A stretch of DNA of 64,000 nucleotides from Steroidobacteraceae bacterium (lineage in GTDB: Bacteria; Pseudomonadota; Gammaproteobacteria; Steroidobacterales; Steroidobacteraceae), in assembly GCA_046347255.1 (NCBI GenBank), contig JAXMGO010000007.1, forward strand, positions 18,031 to 82,030, read 5' to 3'. Both the position numbers and the translations under genes were made by a program. Under the pieces are notes generated by a model. The model did not search any database. It saw only the letters and a program-made list of their open reading frames with translations, and was not told the origin of the DNA. Position 1 is the first letter of the stretch. Each line of letters starts with the position of its first letter. Shown here in pieces: positions 1 to 11,523 of this stretch.

Positions 1-274
1 CGCCGACACCAAGGGCTTCGGCTTCCACCACTGGGGACTCGCGAGCAGCGATGTCGACGCCGACATCGCGCGCTACGCGAAGCTCGGCATGCAGGTCGCG
101 TTCCGCGCCGGCGTGCCCACCGGCGGCGACGTCGCCTACCTGGACACCGCCGGCACGATGCCGGGCTTCATCGAGCTGATCCAGACCAACCCGCTGATGG
201 AACGCATCTTCGCCGGCTGGCACGGCCAGGCGCTCGCCTGGGATGGCAGCAATCCCGTACGGCCGTTCATGTAA
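1..274 (+). CDS. VOC/glyoxalase-family protein, 3' portion (5' end outside window)
   Basis: Open frame runs from window edge to stop at 274. C-terminal sequence (…FHHWGLASSDVDADIARYAKLGMQVAF…GFIELIQ) resembles vicinal-oxygen-chelate fold proteins. Confidence 0.45.
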   Translation, partial: ADTKGFGFHHWGLASSDVDADIARYAKLGMQVAFRAGVPTGGDVAYLDTAGTMPGFIELIQTNPLMERIFAGWHGQALAWDGSNPVRPFM

Positions 275-292
275 AGGACCCGCGAACCACGC

Positions 293-1747
293 ATGCAAGC
301 CACCGCCGACATCGCCGTCATCGGCCTGGCCGTGATGGGCCAGAACCTGATCCTCAACATGGACGACCACGGCTTCACCGTGGTCGCCTTCAACCGCAGC
401 GTCGACAAGGTCGACCAGTTCCTCGCCAACGAGGCGCGCGGCACGCGCGTCATCGGTGCGCATTCGGTCGCGGAGATGGTCGCCCTGCTCAAGCGCCCGC
501 GGCGCGTGATGCTGATGGTCAAGGCCGGCCAGCCGGTCGACGACTTCATCGAGCAGCTGCTGCCGCACCTGGAGCCGGGCGACATCATCATCGACGGCGG
601 CAACTCGCTGTTCGAGGACACGGCGCGGCGGGTGAAGTACGTCGAGGGCAAGGGCCTGCTGTACATCGGCACCGGCGTCAGTGGCGGCGAGGAAGGCGCG
701 CGGCGCGGCCCGAGCATCATGCCGGGCGGCTCGCCCAAGGCCTGGCCGCACGTCAAGCCGATCTTCCAGGCGATCGCCGCGAAGGTCGAGGACGGCACGC
801 CCTGCTGCGACTGGGTCGGCGAGGGCGGCGCGGGCCACTACGTCAAGATGGTCCACAACGGCATCGAGTACGGCGACATGCAGCTCATCTGCGAGGCCTA
901 CCAGCTGATGAAGGTGGGCCTGGGCATGAGCGCGCCGGAGATGCACCAGGTGTTCGCCCGGTGGCAGGAGGGCGACCTCGATTCCTACCTGGTCGAGATC
1001 ACGCGCGACATCCTCGCCTTCCAGGACAAGGACGGGCAGCCGCTGGTCGAACGGATCCTCGACGCCGCCGGCCAGAAGGGCACCGGCAAGTGGACGGTGA
1101 TCTCCTCGCAGGAGCTCGGCATCCCGATCACGCTGATGGCCGAAGCGGTCTACGCCCGCTGCCTCTCGGCGCTGAAGGACGAGCGCGTCGCGGCGGCGAA
1201 GAGCCTGAAGGGGCCCAAGCCCGCGATCAGCGGCAACCGCGACAAGTTCGTCGAGGACATCCGCCGCGCACTGTACGCCTCGAAGATCATCTCCTACGCG
1301 CAGGGCTACCAGCTGATGCGCGCAGCGGCGGCGCAGTACGGCTGGAACCTCAACTACGGCGGCATCGCGCTCATGTGGCGCGGCGGCTGCATCATCCGCA
1401 GCGTGTTCCTCGGTCGCATCAAGGAAGCCTTCGACCGCAACCGCAAGCTCGCGAGCCTGCTGGTCGCGCCGTTCTTCAGGAAGGCGATCCGCGAGAGCCA
1501 GCGCTCCTGGCGCAACGTGGTGGCCACCGCGGCGAAGAAGGGCATCCCGGTGCCGGCCTTCAGCACTGCGCTCGCCTATTACGACGGCTACCGCAGCGCG
1601 ACGCTGCCCGCCAACCTGCTGCAGGCGCAGCGCGACTTCTTCGGCGCGCACACCTACGAACGCACCGACGCGCCGCGCGGCGAGTACTTCCACACCAACT
1701 GGACCGGCCACGGCGGCACCACCGCCTCGAGCACCTACACGGTGTAG
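293..1747 (+). CDS. gnd: 6-phosphogluconate dehydrogenase (NADP+, decarboxylating)
   Basis: 484-aa intact ORF. N-terminal Rossmann motif IAVIGLAVMGQNL and conserved Gnd core recognised by eye along full length. Confidence 0.95.
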   Translation: MQATADIAVIGLAVMGQNLILNMDDHGFTVVAFNRSVDKVDQFLANEARGTRVIGAHSVAEMVALLKRPRRVMLMVKAGQPVDDFIEQLLPHLEPGDIIIDGGNSLFEDTARRVKYVEGKGLLYIGTGVSGGEEGARRGPSIMPGGSPKAWPHVKPIFQAIAAKVEDGTPCCDWVGEGGAGHYVKMVHNGIEYGDMQLICEAYQLMKVGLGMSAPEMHQVFARWQEGDLDSYLVEITRDILAFQDKDGQPLVERILDAAGQKGTGKWTVISSQELGIPITLMAEAVYARCLSALKDERVAAAKSLKGPKPAISGNRDKFVEDIRRALYASKIISYAQGYQLMRAAAAQYGWNLNYGGIALMWRGGCIIRSVFLGRIKEAFDRNRKLASLLVAPFFRKAIRESQRSWRNVVATAAKKGIPVPAFSTALAYYDGYRSATLPANLLQAQRDFFGAHTYERTDAPRGEYFHTNWTGHGGTTASSTYTV

Positions 1748-1750
1748 CGC

Positions 1751-1769
1751 GCGCGGCGCGACCCGCGCC
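1751..1769. terminator. possible bidirectional GC hairpin between convergent gnd and SDR genes
   Basis: GCGCGG-cgcgac-CCGCGC inverted repeat sits in the 22-nt gap between convergent stop codons. No T-run. Confidence 0.25.
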
Positions 1770-2537
1770 TCAGCCGCGGCCGACGAAGGGCATGCCGCTC
1801 GCCATCACCGTGAGGTTGAGCACGTTGGCGGCGAGCGGCAGGCTCGCCATGTAGCGCACCGCATTGGCGACGTCGCGGACGTCGATCATCGGCTCGATGA
1901 GCCGCGAGCCGTCGGGCTGGAGCGCACCCTGCGAGACGTGGCCGCCGATGGCCGTGGCGGCATTGCCGATGTCGATCTGGCCGCAGGCGATGTCGAAGGC
2001 GCGGCCGTCGAGCGCGGTGGACTTCGTCAGGCCGAGGATCGCGTGCTTGCTCGCCGTGTACGGCGCCGACAACGGCCGCGGCACGTGCGCCGAGATCGAG
2101 CCGTTGTTGATGATGCGCCCGCCGCGCGGGGACTGCGCCTTCATCAGCCGCATGGCTTCCTGGGTGCAGAGGAACGCGCCGGTCAGGTTGGTGTCGAGCA
2201 CCGCGCGCCATTCGGCGAGCGCGAGTTCCTCGAGCGGCACGGCGCGCGCGGCGATGCCGGCGTTGTTGAACAGCAGGTCGAGGCGGCCGTATTCGCTGCG
2301 CACGCGCGCGAACAGCGCGCCGGTCGACGCCTCGTCGGTCACGTCGGCCGCCACGGCGAGCGCGCGAGCGCCGGTCTGCGCGATGCGCGCGGCGAGTTCG
2401 CCGAGCGGCTCGGGGCGGCGTCCCGCCAGCACCACGGTGAAGCCATCGGCGGCGAGCGCCTCGCTCACGGCGCGGCCGATGCCGCTGCCGGCGCCGGTGA
2501 CGAGGGCGATCTTCGCGGCAAGGTTTGCAGTGTTCAT
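1770..2537 (-). CDS. SDR-family short-chain dehydrogenase/reductase
   Basis: 255 aa. [10 protein letters not shown] glycine-rich NAD(P)-binding motif at N-terminus; YxxxK catalytic region present (YTASKHAI). Confidence 0.85.
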   Translation of the reverse strand: MNTANLAAKIALVTGAGSGIGRAVSEALAADGFTVVLAGRRPEPLGELAARIAQTGARALAVAADVTDEASTGALFARVRSEYGRLDLLFNNAGIAARAVPLEELALAEWRAVLDTNLTGAFLCTQEAMRLMKAQSPRGGRIINNGSISAHVPRPLSAPYTASKHAILGLTKSTALDGRAFDIACGQIDIGNAATAIGGHVSQGALQPDGSRLIEPMIDVRDVANAVRYMASLPLAANVLNLTVMASGMPFVGRG

Positions 2538-2549
2538 GGGCGGTGCGCC

Positions 2550-4604
2550 TCAGGAGGTCCAGCCCGTGCCCTGGCCGTAGGGCACGCGGCGCACGAGGTC
2601 CTCGATGTGGCGGATGCGGCCGCCGTCGATGCGGAACAGTTGCGCGTGCAGGTCGGTCCAGGGCGCGAGGCAGGAGGCGGGCACCTGCACGCGCCCGGTG
2701 CCCGGGATCTCCACGGCGCGCGTGGTCGCCGGGTTGTCGAGCGTGGCGAGGTCGAGCACCAGCCCGGCCGCCTCGTCCACCAGCCAGGTGCGATGTTCGC
2801 GCAGGCGCGCGACGCGCGCGAGGAAACCGGCGTCGAGCTCGCCGGCGCAATCGGCCGCGTACAGCCGGAAGCCGGGCACCGCCGGGTCGAGGGCCGGCGC
2901 CTGCGCATTGCCGCTCGCGGCCACGCCGTTCTCGCGCCGCCGGCAGCCGGCCGCCAGCGGCGCGCGCGCGCCAGCGCGCGCCGTGAAGGCCTCGTGGTAC
3001 TGCTCGACCGCGGCGAGCAGGGCGGCGCGCGGCGTCGCGTTGCCCTTGGCACTCAATGCCGGATCGGGCGCCGCGAAGCCCTGCGGGTCGAGGTTGGCGA
3101 GCAACGGCGGCACGAACATCGTGTAGGTCGCGCCCTTGAGCTCGACCTCGGAGCCGCCGTCGCCGTGCGACTTCACGACCGCCTCGACTTCGGGGCGCGC
3201 GATCAACGTCTCGATCTCCGTGACCAACCCGCCGGCCGTGCGGTAGCGCAGCGCCAGCGCGGCGAACAGCCCGAACTCATCCAGCGCGCCGTACCAGCCC
3301 GCCTGGCCGGTGGCCGGGTCGGCGAGGAAGGTGCCCGCGCCGCGCAGGCCGACCAGGCTCTTCCACAGGCCCTCGCCCAGCGCCACGTCGCGCCCGTTCT
3401 CGGTGTAGCGCACGCCGGGCGCGAGCGGCAGGTCCCAGGGCGCGTTGCGGACCAGGCCGTCGAGCACGCGGGTGGTGAGCGCGCGCAGCTGCGCGCGGGT
3501 CGCGGTCGGGACCGGCTTCGCCGGCGGGCGCGTCGCGGCGTAGGTGAGGCTCACGGTGGGCGGGCGCTGCGGCACGACCTGGCGCGAGCCGAACGGCACC
3601 TCCATCAGCGTCATCTCGATGTAGCGGAACGAGCCGTTGATCACCTTGAACGCCTCGGTGACCTGGTGGCAGCGCGGCGTGCGGAAGTACGGCGGGATCT
3701 TCCAGTCGTTGCCGGCGCGGAAGTGGATCGACTCGAGCGTGCCGTCGAAGTCCCACACCGACTGTCCGAGCACCGCGCCGCGCTCGATGTCGACCACCGC
3801 CGCGCGGCGGTCGCGGATGCGCGTCACGAAGGCCATCAGGCCGAGCTGGTACTGCTCCTTCGCCGACAGCGTGATGAAGTTGGTCGCCGTGTCGGAGTGG
3901 CCGTAGCCCTCGACCTTCGGCTGGTGCACGGTGCGGCGCGCGTGCTCGATGCGCTCGCAGTCGTCGCGGAACGGATAGACGCCGGCGCCGTCATTGCGCT
4001 CCAGCGACTGGAAGTAGATCCACGCCGCCGCCTCGAGCGCCTCGCGCGACTGGCGCTGCGCCGGCGGGATCGGCTCGAACCACACCGGATCGGGCTGGCC
4101 GAGCTCCTCGTAGGTCTTCGCGCCGTGCGGATCGCGGATGACGAACTGCTCGGCCCAGGCGATCTCGCGGCCGCGCATCTGGAGGGTCGCGATCAGGATG
4201 CAGCCCTGGCCGTTCTCGACCGCGTTGGCGATGACGCCGGCGAGGCCGTTCTCGGGCTCGGCGAAGTGATGGCGGTAGCGCCCGAGCCGCTCGAGCGTGC
4301 GCCAGCTGCCGTCGCCGAGCGGCAGCCGCTGGTCGTTCTCCGCATAGAAGGCGTCGGCGGCGAAGGGCGCGCGCGCCGGATCGTGCGCGACGAGCGCCTC
4401 GAGGTAGGTGTCGAGCATGCGCTCGAGGAAGGCCCGATCGTAGGGCGCGAGGGCGGCGGGTTGCGCGGTGGCCGGCGTCGCATTCGGCGCCGCGTCCTGC
4501 GCGGCGGCCCGGCCCGCGGCGAGGGCCGCGGCGGTTCCGGTCACCAGCGCGGCACCGGCGCCGGCCATCACGTCGCGACGGCTGATCGTATCGCGGGTCT
4601 TCAC
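2550..4604 (-). CDS. hypothetical exported protein with two tandem homologous halves (Tat-type signal)
   Basis: 684-aa ORF. N-terminus SRRDVMAGAGAALVTGTAAALA resembles a twin-arginine signal. The two halves share recognisable similarity (FYAENDQRLPLGDGSWRTLERLG vs RYTENGRDVALGEGLWKSLVGLRG). Confidence 0.6.
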   Translation of the reverse strand: MKTRDTISRRDVMAGAGAALVTGTAAALAAGRAAAQDAAPNATPATAQPAALAPYDRAFLERMLDTYLEALVAHDPARAPFAADAFYAENDQRLPLGDGSWRTLERLGRYRHHFAEPENGLAGVIANAVENGQGCILIATLQMRGREIAWAEQFVIRDPHGAKTYEELGQPDPVWFEPIPPAQRQSREALEAAAWIYFQSLERNDGAGVYPFRDDCERIEHARRTVHQPKVEGYGHSDTATNFITLSAKEQYQLGLMAFVTRIRDRRAAVVDIERGAVLGQSVWDFDGTLESIHFRAGNDWKIPPYFRTPRCHQVTEAFKVINGSFRYIEMTLMEVPFGSRQVVPQRPPTVSLTYAATRPPAKPVPTATRAQLRALTTRVLDGLVRNAPWDLPLAPGVRYTENGRDVALGEGLWKSLVGLRGAGTFLADPATGQAGWYGALDEFGLFAALALRYRTAGGLVTEIETLIARPEVEAVVKSHGDGGSEVELKGATYTMFVPPLLANLDPQGFAAPDPALSAKGNATPRAALLAAVEQYHEAFTARAGARAPLAAGCRRRENGVAASGNAQAPALDPAVPGFRLYAADCAGELDAGFLARVARLREHRTWLVDEAAGLVLDLATLDNPATTRAVEIPGTGRVQVPASCLAPWTDLHAQLFRIDGGRIRHIEDLVRRVPYGQGTGWTS

Positions 4605-4697
4605 GTCGCTGCCCCCTCGAGGCTCCGTGCCGCGGGTCGCGGCCAGGGGACAAGCGTAGCGCCAACCGGTGCCCGGGGCGCAAGCCTTTCGCCGCGG

Positions 4698-5348
4698 TCA
4701 GCCGGCCATCAGCCCCGGCTTGCCGGCCTGCCAGCGCGCGAGCTCGGTCTCGAGCAGCGCGACGTGCTCGACCTCCTCGGCGGCAAGCTCGCGGTAGAGC
4801 TGCTGTTCGGGCGAGCCGGCCGCCACGGTGCGGGCGCGCTCGGTGAAGAAGGCCACGGCGCGTTTCTCGAAGGTGATCGCGGCCCGGAACAGCGTGGCCG
4901 GATCGTCGATGGAGCCGTCGACGCCGGCGTTGATCGCCGCGATGTCGACGCGGAAGCCGGTGGTCGGCTCGGGCATGCTCACGTGGTAGCGACGGCTGAG
5001 CGTGTCCATGTGCTCGCGCTCCATCTCCGAGAAGCGCCCGAACAGCGCCTTGAGCACCGGGTCGGAGACGCGGGCGGCGGCACGGTCATAGAACGCCTGG
5101 CCGCCGAGTTCGATCTGGAAGGCGGCGCGGATCGCATCCAGCCCGGCCTCGCCCTTCACGGCGCCGCGGCTCAGGGCCTCGAGGCGGCCGCCGCAATGCG
5201 GGCACATGCCGTAGGGGAAGGCGAAACCCTCGCTCACCTTGGCGCAGCTCTGGCAGCGCCACTGCAGCGTCGCGCCGGCACAGCAGATGTAGGACTCCTC
5301 CGAGTCGAGTGGCTGCTGGCACTTCGGGCAGACTCCGACGCCTGACAT
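4698..5348 (-). CDS. rubrerythrin/ferritin-like diiron protein with N-terminal Cys-rich zinc-ribbon
   Basis: 216 aa starting MSGVGVCPKCQQ. Four CxxC pairs at N-terminus, then ferritin-like ExxH motifs (EMEREH, EEVEH). Same strand as and adjacent to the NfnAB-like gene. Confidence 0.75.
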   Translation of the reverse strand: MSGVGVCPKCQQPLDSEESYICCAGATLQWRCQSCAKVSEGFAFPYGMCPHCGGRLEALSRGAVKGEAGLDAIRAAFQIELGGQAFYDRAAARVSDPVLKALFGRFSEMEREHMDTLSRRYHVSMPEPTTGFRVDIAAINAGVDGSIDDPATLFRAAITFEKRAVAFFTERARTVAAGSPEQQLYRELAAEEVEHVALLETELARWQAGKPGLMAG

Positions 5349-5368
5349 GGTCGCGCTCCTTCGGCGGT

Positions 5369-7759
5369 TCAGTGGGACGTGGGCGTACCGGCGGGCGCCG
5401 CCGCGGCCGGTTTCGCGGGCGCGGCGGCCGCGGGTGCCGCGGCCTCGGCCGGCGCGACATCCTCGGGCAGCAACGGCCACTTCGACTTGCCGCCGCGCAG
5501 CCAGGTGCTGATGGCCTTCGCCGCGCGCCGTCCGGCACCCATCGCGAGGATGACCGTCGCGCCACCGGTGACGATGTCGCCGCCGGCGAACACGCCCGGC
5601 AGGTTGGTGCACTGGCTGGGTTCGTCGGCGGCGATGTTGCCCCAGCGATTGAGCGCCAGCCCCGGCGTCGCGCGCCCGATGATCGGGTTCGGTTTGGTGC
5701 CGAGGGCGTAGATCACCGTGTCGCAGTCGAGCTCGACGAACTCGTCCGTCGGCACCGGCTTGCGCCGGCCGCGCTCGTCGGGCTCGCCGAGCTGCATCTT
5801 CTGCACCTTCATGCCGCGCACGTCGCCGGCCTCGTTCAGCAGGATCTCGACCGGGCCGTGCAGGAAGAAGAACTCGACGCCCTCCTCGCGCGCGTGCCGC
5901 AGCTCCTCGATGCGGGCGGGCGCCTCGGCCTCCGAGCGGCGATAGACGCAGCGCACGCGCTCGACGCCGAGCCGGCGCGCCACCCGCAGGCAGTCCATGG
6001 CGGTGTTGCCGGCGCCGATGACGACCACGCTCTTGCCGCGGCTGATCGGCGTGTCCAGGTACGGGAAGCGGTCGCCGCCCATCAGGTTGACGCGGGTGAG
6101 GAACTCGTTGGCCGAGTAGACCTGGCCAGCGTTCTCGCCCGGGATGCCGAGGAAGGCGGGCGCGCCGGCGCCAGCGCCGACGAACACCGCGTCGTAGCCC
6201 ATGCGTCCCATCAGGTCGGGGATCGTGAAGGTCTTGCCGATGACCTTGTTGGTCTCGAAGCGCACGCCCATGTCGCGCAGGCGCTGAACTTCGCGCGAGA
6301 TGATGTCGCGCGGCAGGCGGAAGGCCGGGATGCCGTACTGCAGGACGCCACCGAGCACGTGCAGCGCCTCGTACACCGTGACCTCGCCGCCCTCGCGCAC
6401 CAGGTCGGCTGCGGCCGCGAGGCCCGCGGGTCCCGAGCCGACGATGGCGATGCGGCCGAGCTTCGCGGCCACCTTGGGCGGCACCGCCTTCGGCGCGCGC
6501 GCATGGTCGCCGACGAAGCGCTCCAGGCGGCCGATGCCCACGGCCTCGAGCTTCGGCGCCTTGCTGCGCAGCAGCAGGCACTGCGCCTCGCACTGGGTCT
6601 CCTGCGGGCAGACGCGGCCGCACACCGAGGGGAAGACGCTCGATTCGTGGATGGTCGCGAGCGCGCCGTCGAAGTCGCGCAGCAGCACCTTGCGGATGAA
6701 GGTCGGGATGTCGATGCCGACCGGGCAGCCGGCGATGCACGGCGCCTTGTTGCACTGGATGCAGCGCTCGGCCTCGCGCAGCGCGTCGGCGATCGAGTAG
6801 CCGAGGTTCACCTCGTTGAAGTTGTGCGAGCGCTCCGACGCGTCGCGCTCGGGCATGCGCACCTGCTCGGGCTCGAGGGCGGCGAACTTCTTGTAGTTGC
6901 GCCGCCCCTGCGTCACCAGCTGCTTCTCGACCTGGCAGACGTGCTCGAGGTCGGCGTTGGCCTCGGCCTCCTGGGAGCGGAAGCGCTTCTGCCGCGCCAT
7001 CAGCTCCTTGAAGTCGACCTGGTGGCCGTCGAAGTCCGGGCCGTCGACGCAGGCGAACTTGACCTCCCCGCCCACCGTCACGCGGCAGGAGCCGCACATG
7101 CCGGTGCCGTCCACCATGATGGTGTTGAGCGAGACCAGGGTGCGCACGCCGTAGGGCCGCGTGGCCTCGACGCAGGCGTTCATCATCGGCAGCGGGCCGA
7201 TGGCGATCACCAGGTCGGGGCGGTCGCGCTCCAGCACCTCTTTCAGCGGCCCGGTGACCTGGCCGGCGCGGCCGTAGCTGCCATCGTCGGTGCCGATGAT
7301 CAGCTCGTCGCAGCTGGCCCGGAACTTGTCCTCCCAGAAGACCAGCGGCTTGCTGCGGAAGCCCATGATCGCGGTGGTGCGGTTGCCGGCCGCGCGGAAG
7401 GCCCGCAGCTGCGGGAACACCGGCGCGACGCCCAGGCCGCCGCCGACCAGCACCACGTGGCCGACCTTGGCGACATGCTGCGCGAGGCCGAGCGGACCGA
7501 CGAAATCCGGGAAGCTGTCGCCCTCGCGGAAGTCCTCGCGCATCTCCTGCGTGGTCTTGCCGAGCGTCTGCACGACCATGGTGACGGTGCCGCGCTCGCG
7601 GTCGAAGTCCGCGACCGTGAGCGGGATGCGCTCGCCGCCCTCGAACAATCGCACCATGACGAAGTGCCCGGGCTCGGCGGCGCGCGCGATGTCCGGCGCC
7701 TCGACCTCCCAGAGGAAGGTGGATTCGGTCAGGTCCTCGCGCCGGACGATCGGGTACAT
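5369..7759 (-). CDS. fused NfnA-like (FAD/NAD, 2Fe-2S) and GltD-like (NADPH-dependent glutamate synthase small-subunit family) oxidoreductase
   Basis: 796-aa single ORF. N-terminal ~280 aa is PyrK/SudB-like (GGGLGVAP, C-x-C cluster). The remainder carries GltD-type Cys clusters (CIQCNKAPCIAGCP, CGRVCPQETQCEAQC) and a GSGPAGLAAA FAD/NADPH motif. Confidence 0.8.
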   Translation of the reverse strand: MYPIVRREDLTESTFLWEVEAPDIARAAEPGHFVMVRLFEGGERIPLTVADFDRERGTVTMVVQTLGKTTQEMREDFREGDSFPDFVGPLGLAQHVAKVGHVVLVGGGLGVAPVFPQLRAFRAAGNRTTAIMGFRSKPLVFWEDKFRASCDELIIGTDDGSYGRAGQVTGPLKEVLERDRPDLVIAIGPLPMMNACVEATRPYGVRTLVSLNTIMVDGTGMCGSCRVTVGGEVKFACVDGPDFDGHQVDFKELMARQKRFRSQEAEANADLEHVCQVEKQLVTQGRRNYKKFAALEPEQVRMPERDASERSHNFNEVNLGYSIADALREAERCIQCNKAPCIAGCPVGIDIPTFIRKVLLRDFDGALATIHESSVFPSVCGRVCPQETQCEAQCLLLRSKAPKLEAVGIGRLERFVGDHARAPKAVPPKVAAKLGRIAIVGSGPAGLAAAADLVREGGEVTVYEALHVLGGVLQYGIPAFRLPRDIISREVQRLRDMGVRFETNKVIGKTFTIPDLMGRMGYDAVFVGAGAGAPAFLGIPGENAGQVYSANEFLTRVNLMGGDRFPYLDTPISRGKSVVVIGAGNTAMDCLRVARRLGVERVRCVYRRSEAEAPARIEELRHAREEGVEFFFLHGPVEILLNEAGDVRGMKVQKMQLGEPDERGRRKPVPTDEFVELDCDTVIYALGTKPNPIIGRATPGLALNRWGNIAADEPSQCTNLPGVFAGGDIVTGGATVILAMGAGRRAAKAISTWLRGGKSKWPLLPEDVAPAEAAAPAAAAPAKPAAAAPAGTPTSH

Positions 7760-7989
7760 GGTCCACCGGGACGCCCGCAGGGCGGGCTCATTGCAGGATG
7801 GATATCGGTAACACGCGGCCCACGGGCCAGCAAGTCAGGAAGAACCGTTAGGCCCTGCGCGTGCGGCGCAGTCCGTGGGGTTCCTGGCCGCCGGGGCTGC
7901 GGCGGCGCGGCCATCGGCCGCCGCCCCCGATGGCGGGGCGGGCGACGCCGGGTGCCGGTCCGGCGGGGAGGCCTCCGGCCTGGCCGTGC

Positions 7990-10434
<2,445 letters not shown>

Positions 10435-11496
10435 TTATAGCGTGATAACGCGTCCTTGTTCCACGTGGAACGCGCGCTCCGGAGGGCCGAATTCCGGGCG
10501 GTCGGGGTCGAGGCTGGTGATGATCAGCTGGCAGTCCAGGCTGGCGATTTCATCGATCAGGAGGCGGGTCTTCTCGCGGTCGAGTTCGGCGGCCGGATCG
10601 TCCAGCAGCAGCATCGGCAGGCGCTCGGGCGCCGTCCTGGACGCCAGGCGGGCCATGGCCAAGGTCATCGAGGCGCCCAGGAGCTTCTGCTGCCCCCGGG
10701 AGAGCACTTCGCGCGCCAGCCGGCCCTCCACCTTCAGCGCCACATCGAACCGATGGGCCCCGGTCCCGGTGCTCCCGCGCTCCCGATCCCGGGCTAGGTG
10801 CAGGGCGAGCGATTCCATCAGGCTGTGCTCCTGGCTCCAGCCCCGGTGGAAACTCCAGTCGAGCTCCAGCCCCCCCAGCAGGCGCCGGCAGATCGCCTGC
10901 CACTCCGAATGCAGGGCGTCGAGCAGCGACTGGCGCGAGAGGGCCAGCCCCTCCCCCAGCCGTGCAAGCTCCGGGTCCCAGGGATCCGTGGAATCTCCGA
11001 GCTTGAGCGCGGCGTTCCGCTGCCGCAGGGCCCGGGTGTAGTCGCTCCAGGCCCGGATGAAGCCAGGTTCCACGTGGAACACTCCCCAGTCGACCCAGCG
11101 ACGCCGCTGGAGGGGTCCCTCCTCGACCAGACGGTGGATCCCCGGGTCGATCAGCTGCAGCGGAAGCAGGGCCGACAGCTCGGCCAGTGAATCCACGGGG
11201 CGGCGATCGATCCGGGCCTCGACGCCGCGCTCCCGGTCGCAGCCGACGCCCAGATCGTGCGGCAGGTTGTCCGCCGTACGCCCGAAGACCAGGAGCCGGG
11301 CCTCGCCCCGCCGGATGAGCCGCTCGGTGTTCCGCGTGCGGAAGGAGCGTCCGCGCCCCAGCAGGTGGATGGCCTCAAGGAGCGAGGTCTTGCCCGATCC
11401 GTTGGGACCGGAGATCAGGTTCAGCCGCGGAGCGAATTCCAGCTCCGCGGCCGGGATGCAGCGCAGGTCCTGGACCCGAAGCTCCTGCAGGCTCAT
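10435..11496 (-). CDS. recF: DNA replication and repair protein RecF
   Basis: 353 aa. Walker A GPNGSGKTSLLEAI; synteny. Confidence 0.95.
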   Translation of the reverse strand: MSLQELRVQDLRCIPAAELEFAPRLNLISGPNGSGKTSLLEAIHLLGRGRSFRTRNTERLIRRGEARLLVFGRTADNLPHDLGVGCDRERGVEARIDRRPVDSLAELSALLPLQLIDPGIHRLVEEGPLQRRRWVDWGVFHVEPGFIRAWSDYTRALRQRNAALKLGDSTDPWDPELARLGEGLALSRQSLLDALHSEWQAICRRLLGGLELDWSFHRGWSQEHSLMESLALHLARDRERGSTGTGAHRFDVALKVEGRLAREVLSRGQQKLLGASMTLAMARLASRTAPERLPMLLLDDPAAELDREKTRLLIDEIASLDCQLIITSLDPDRPEFGPPERAFHVEQGRVITL

Positions 11497-11523
11497 GCCG
11501 GTGGCGCGGGCCCGGCGCCGCGC

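Noticed and set aside
1938-5345. 1135-aa ORF on plus strand (and similar giant ORFs 5309..8191 +, 7861..10365 +, 25374..29198 +, 30387..33845 -, 33997..36417 -, 43953..46430 -)
   Set aside because: Antisense or out-of-frame open frames of real genes, expected in ~70% GC DNA. Their translations are Arg/Ala/Gly/Pro-rich low-complexity with no recognisable domains, whereas the opposite or alternate frames encode clearly recognisable conserved proteins. Several of the long minus-strand ORFs are simply concatenations across adjacent real genes' frames.
7760-7989. GC-rich imperfect inverted repeats between gyrB stop and the Nfn-like gene start as a possible terminator
   Set aside because: Stems are imperfect and no T-tract. 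Cannot distinguish from background GC-rich self-complementarity.
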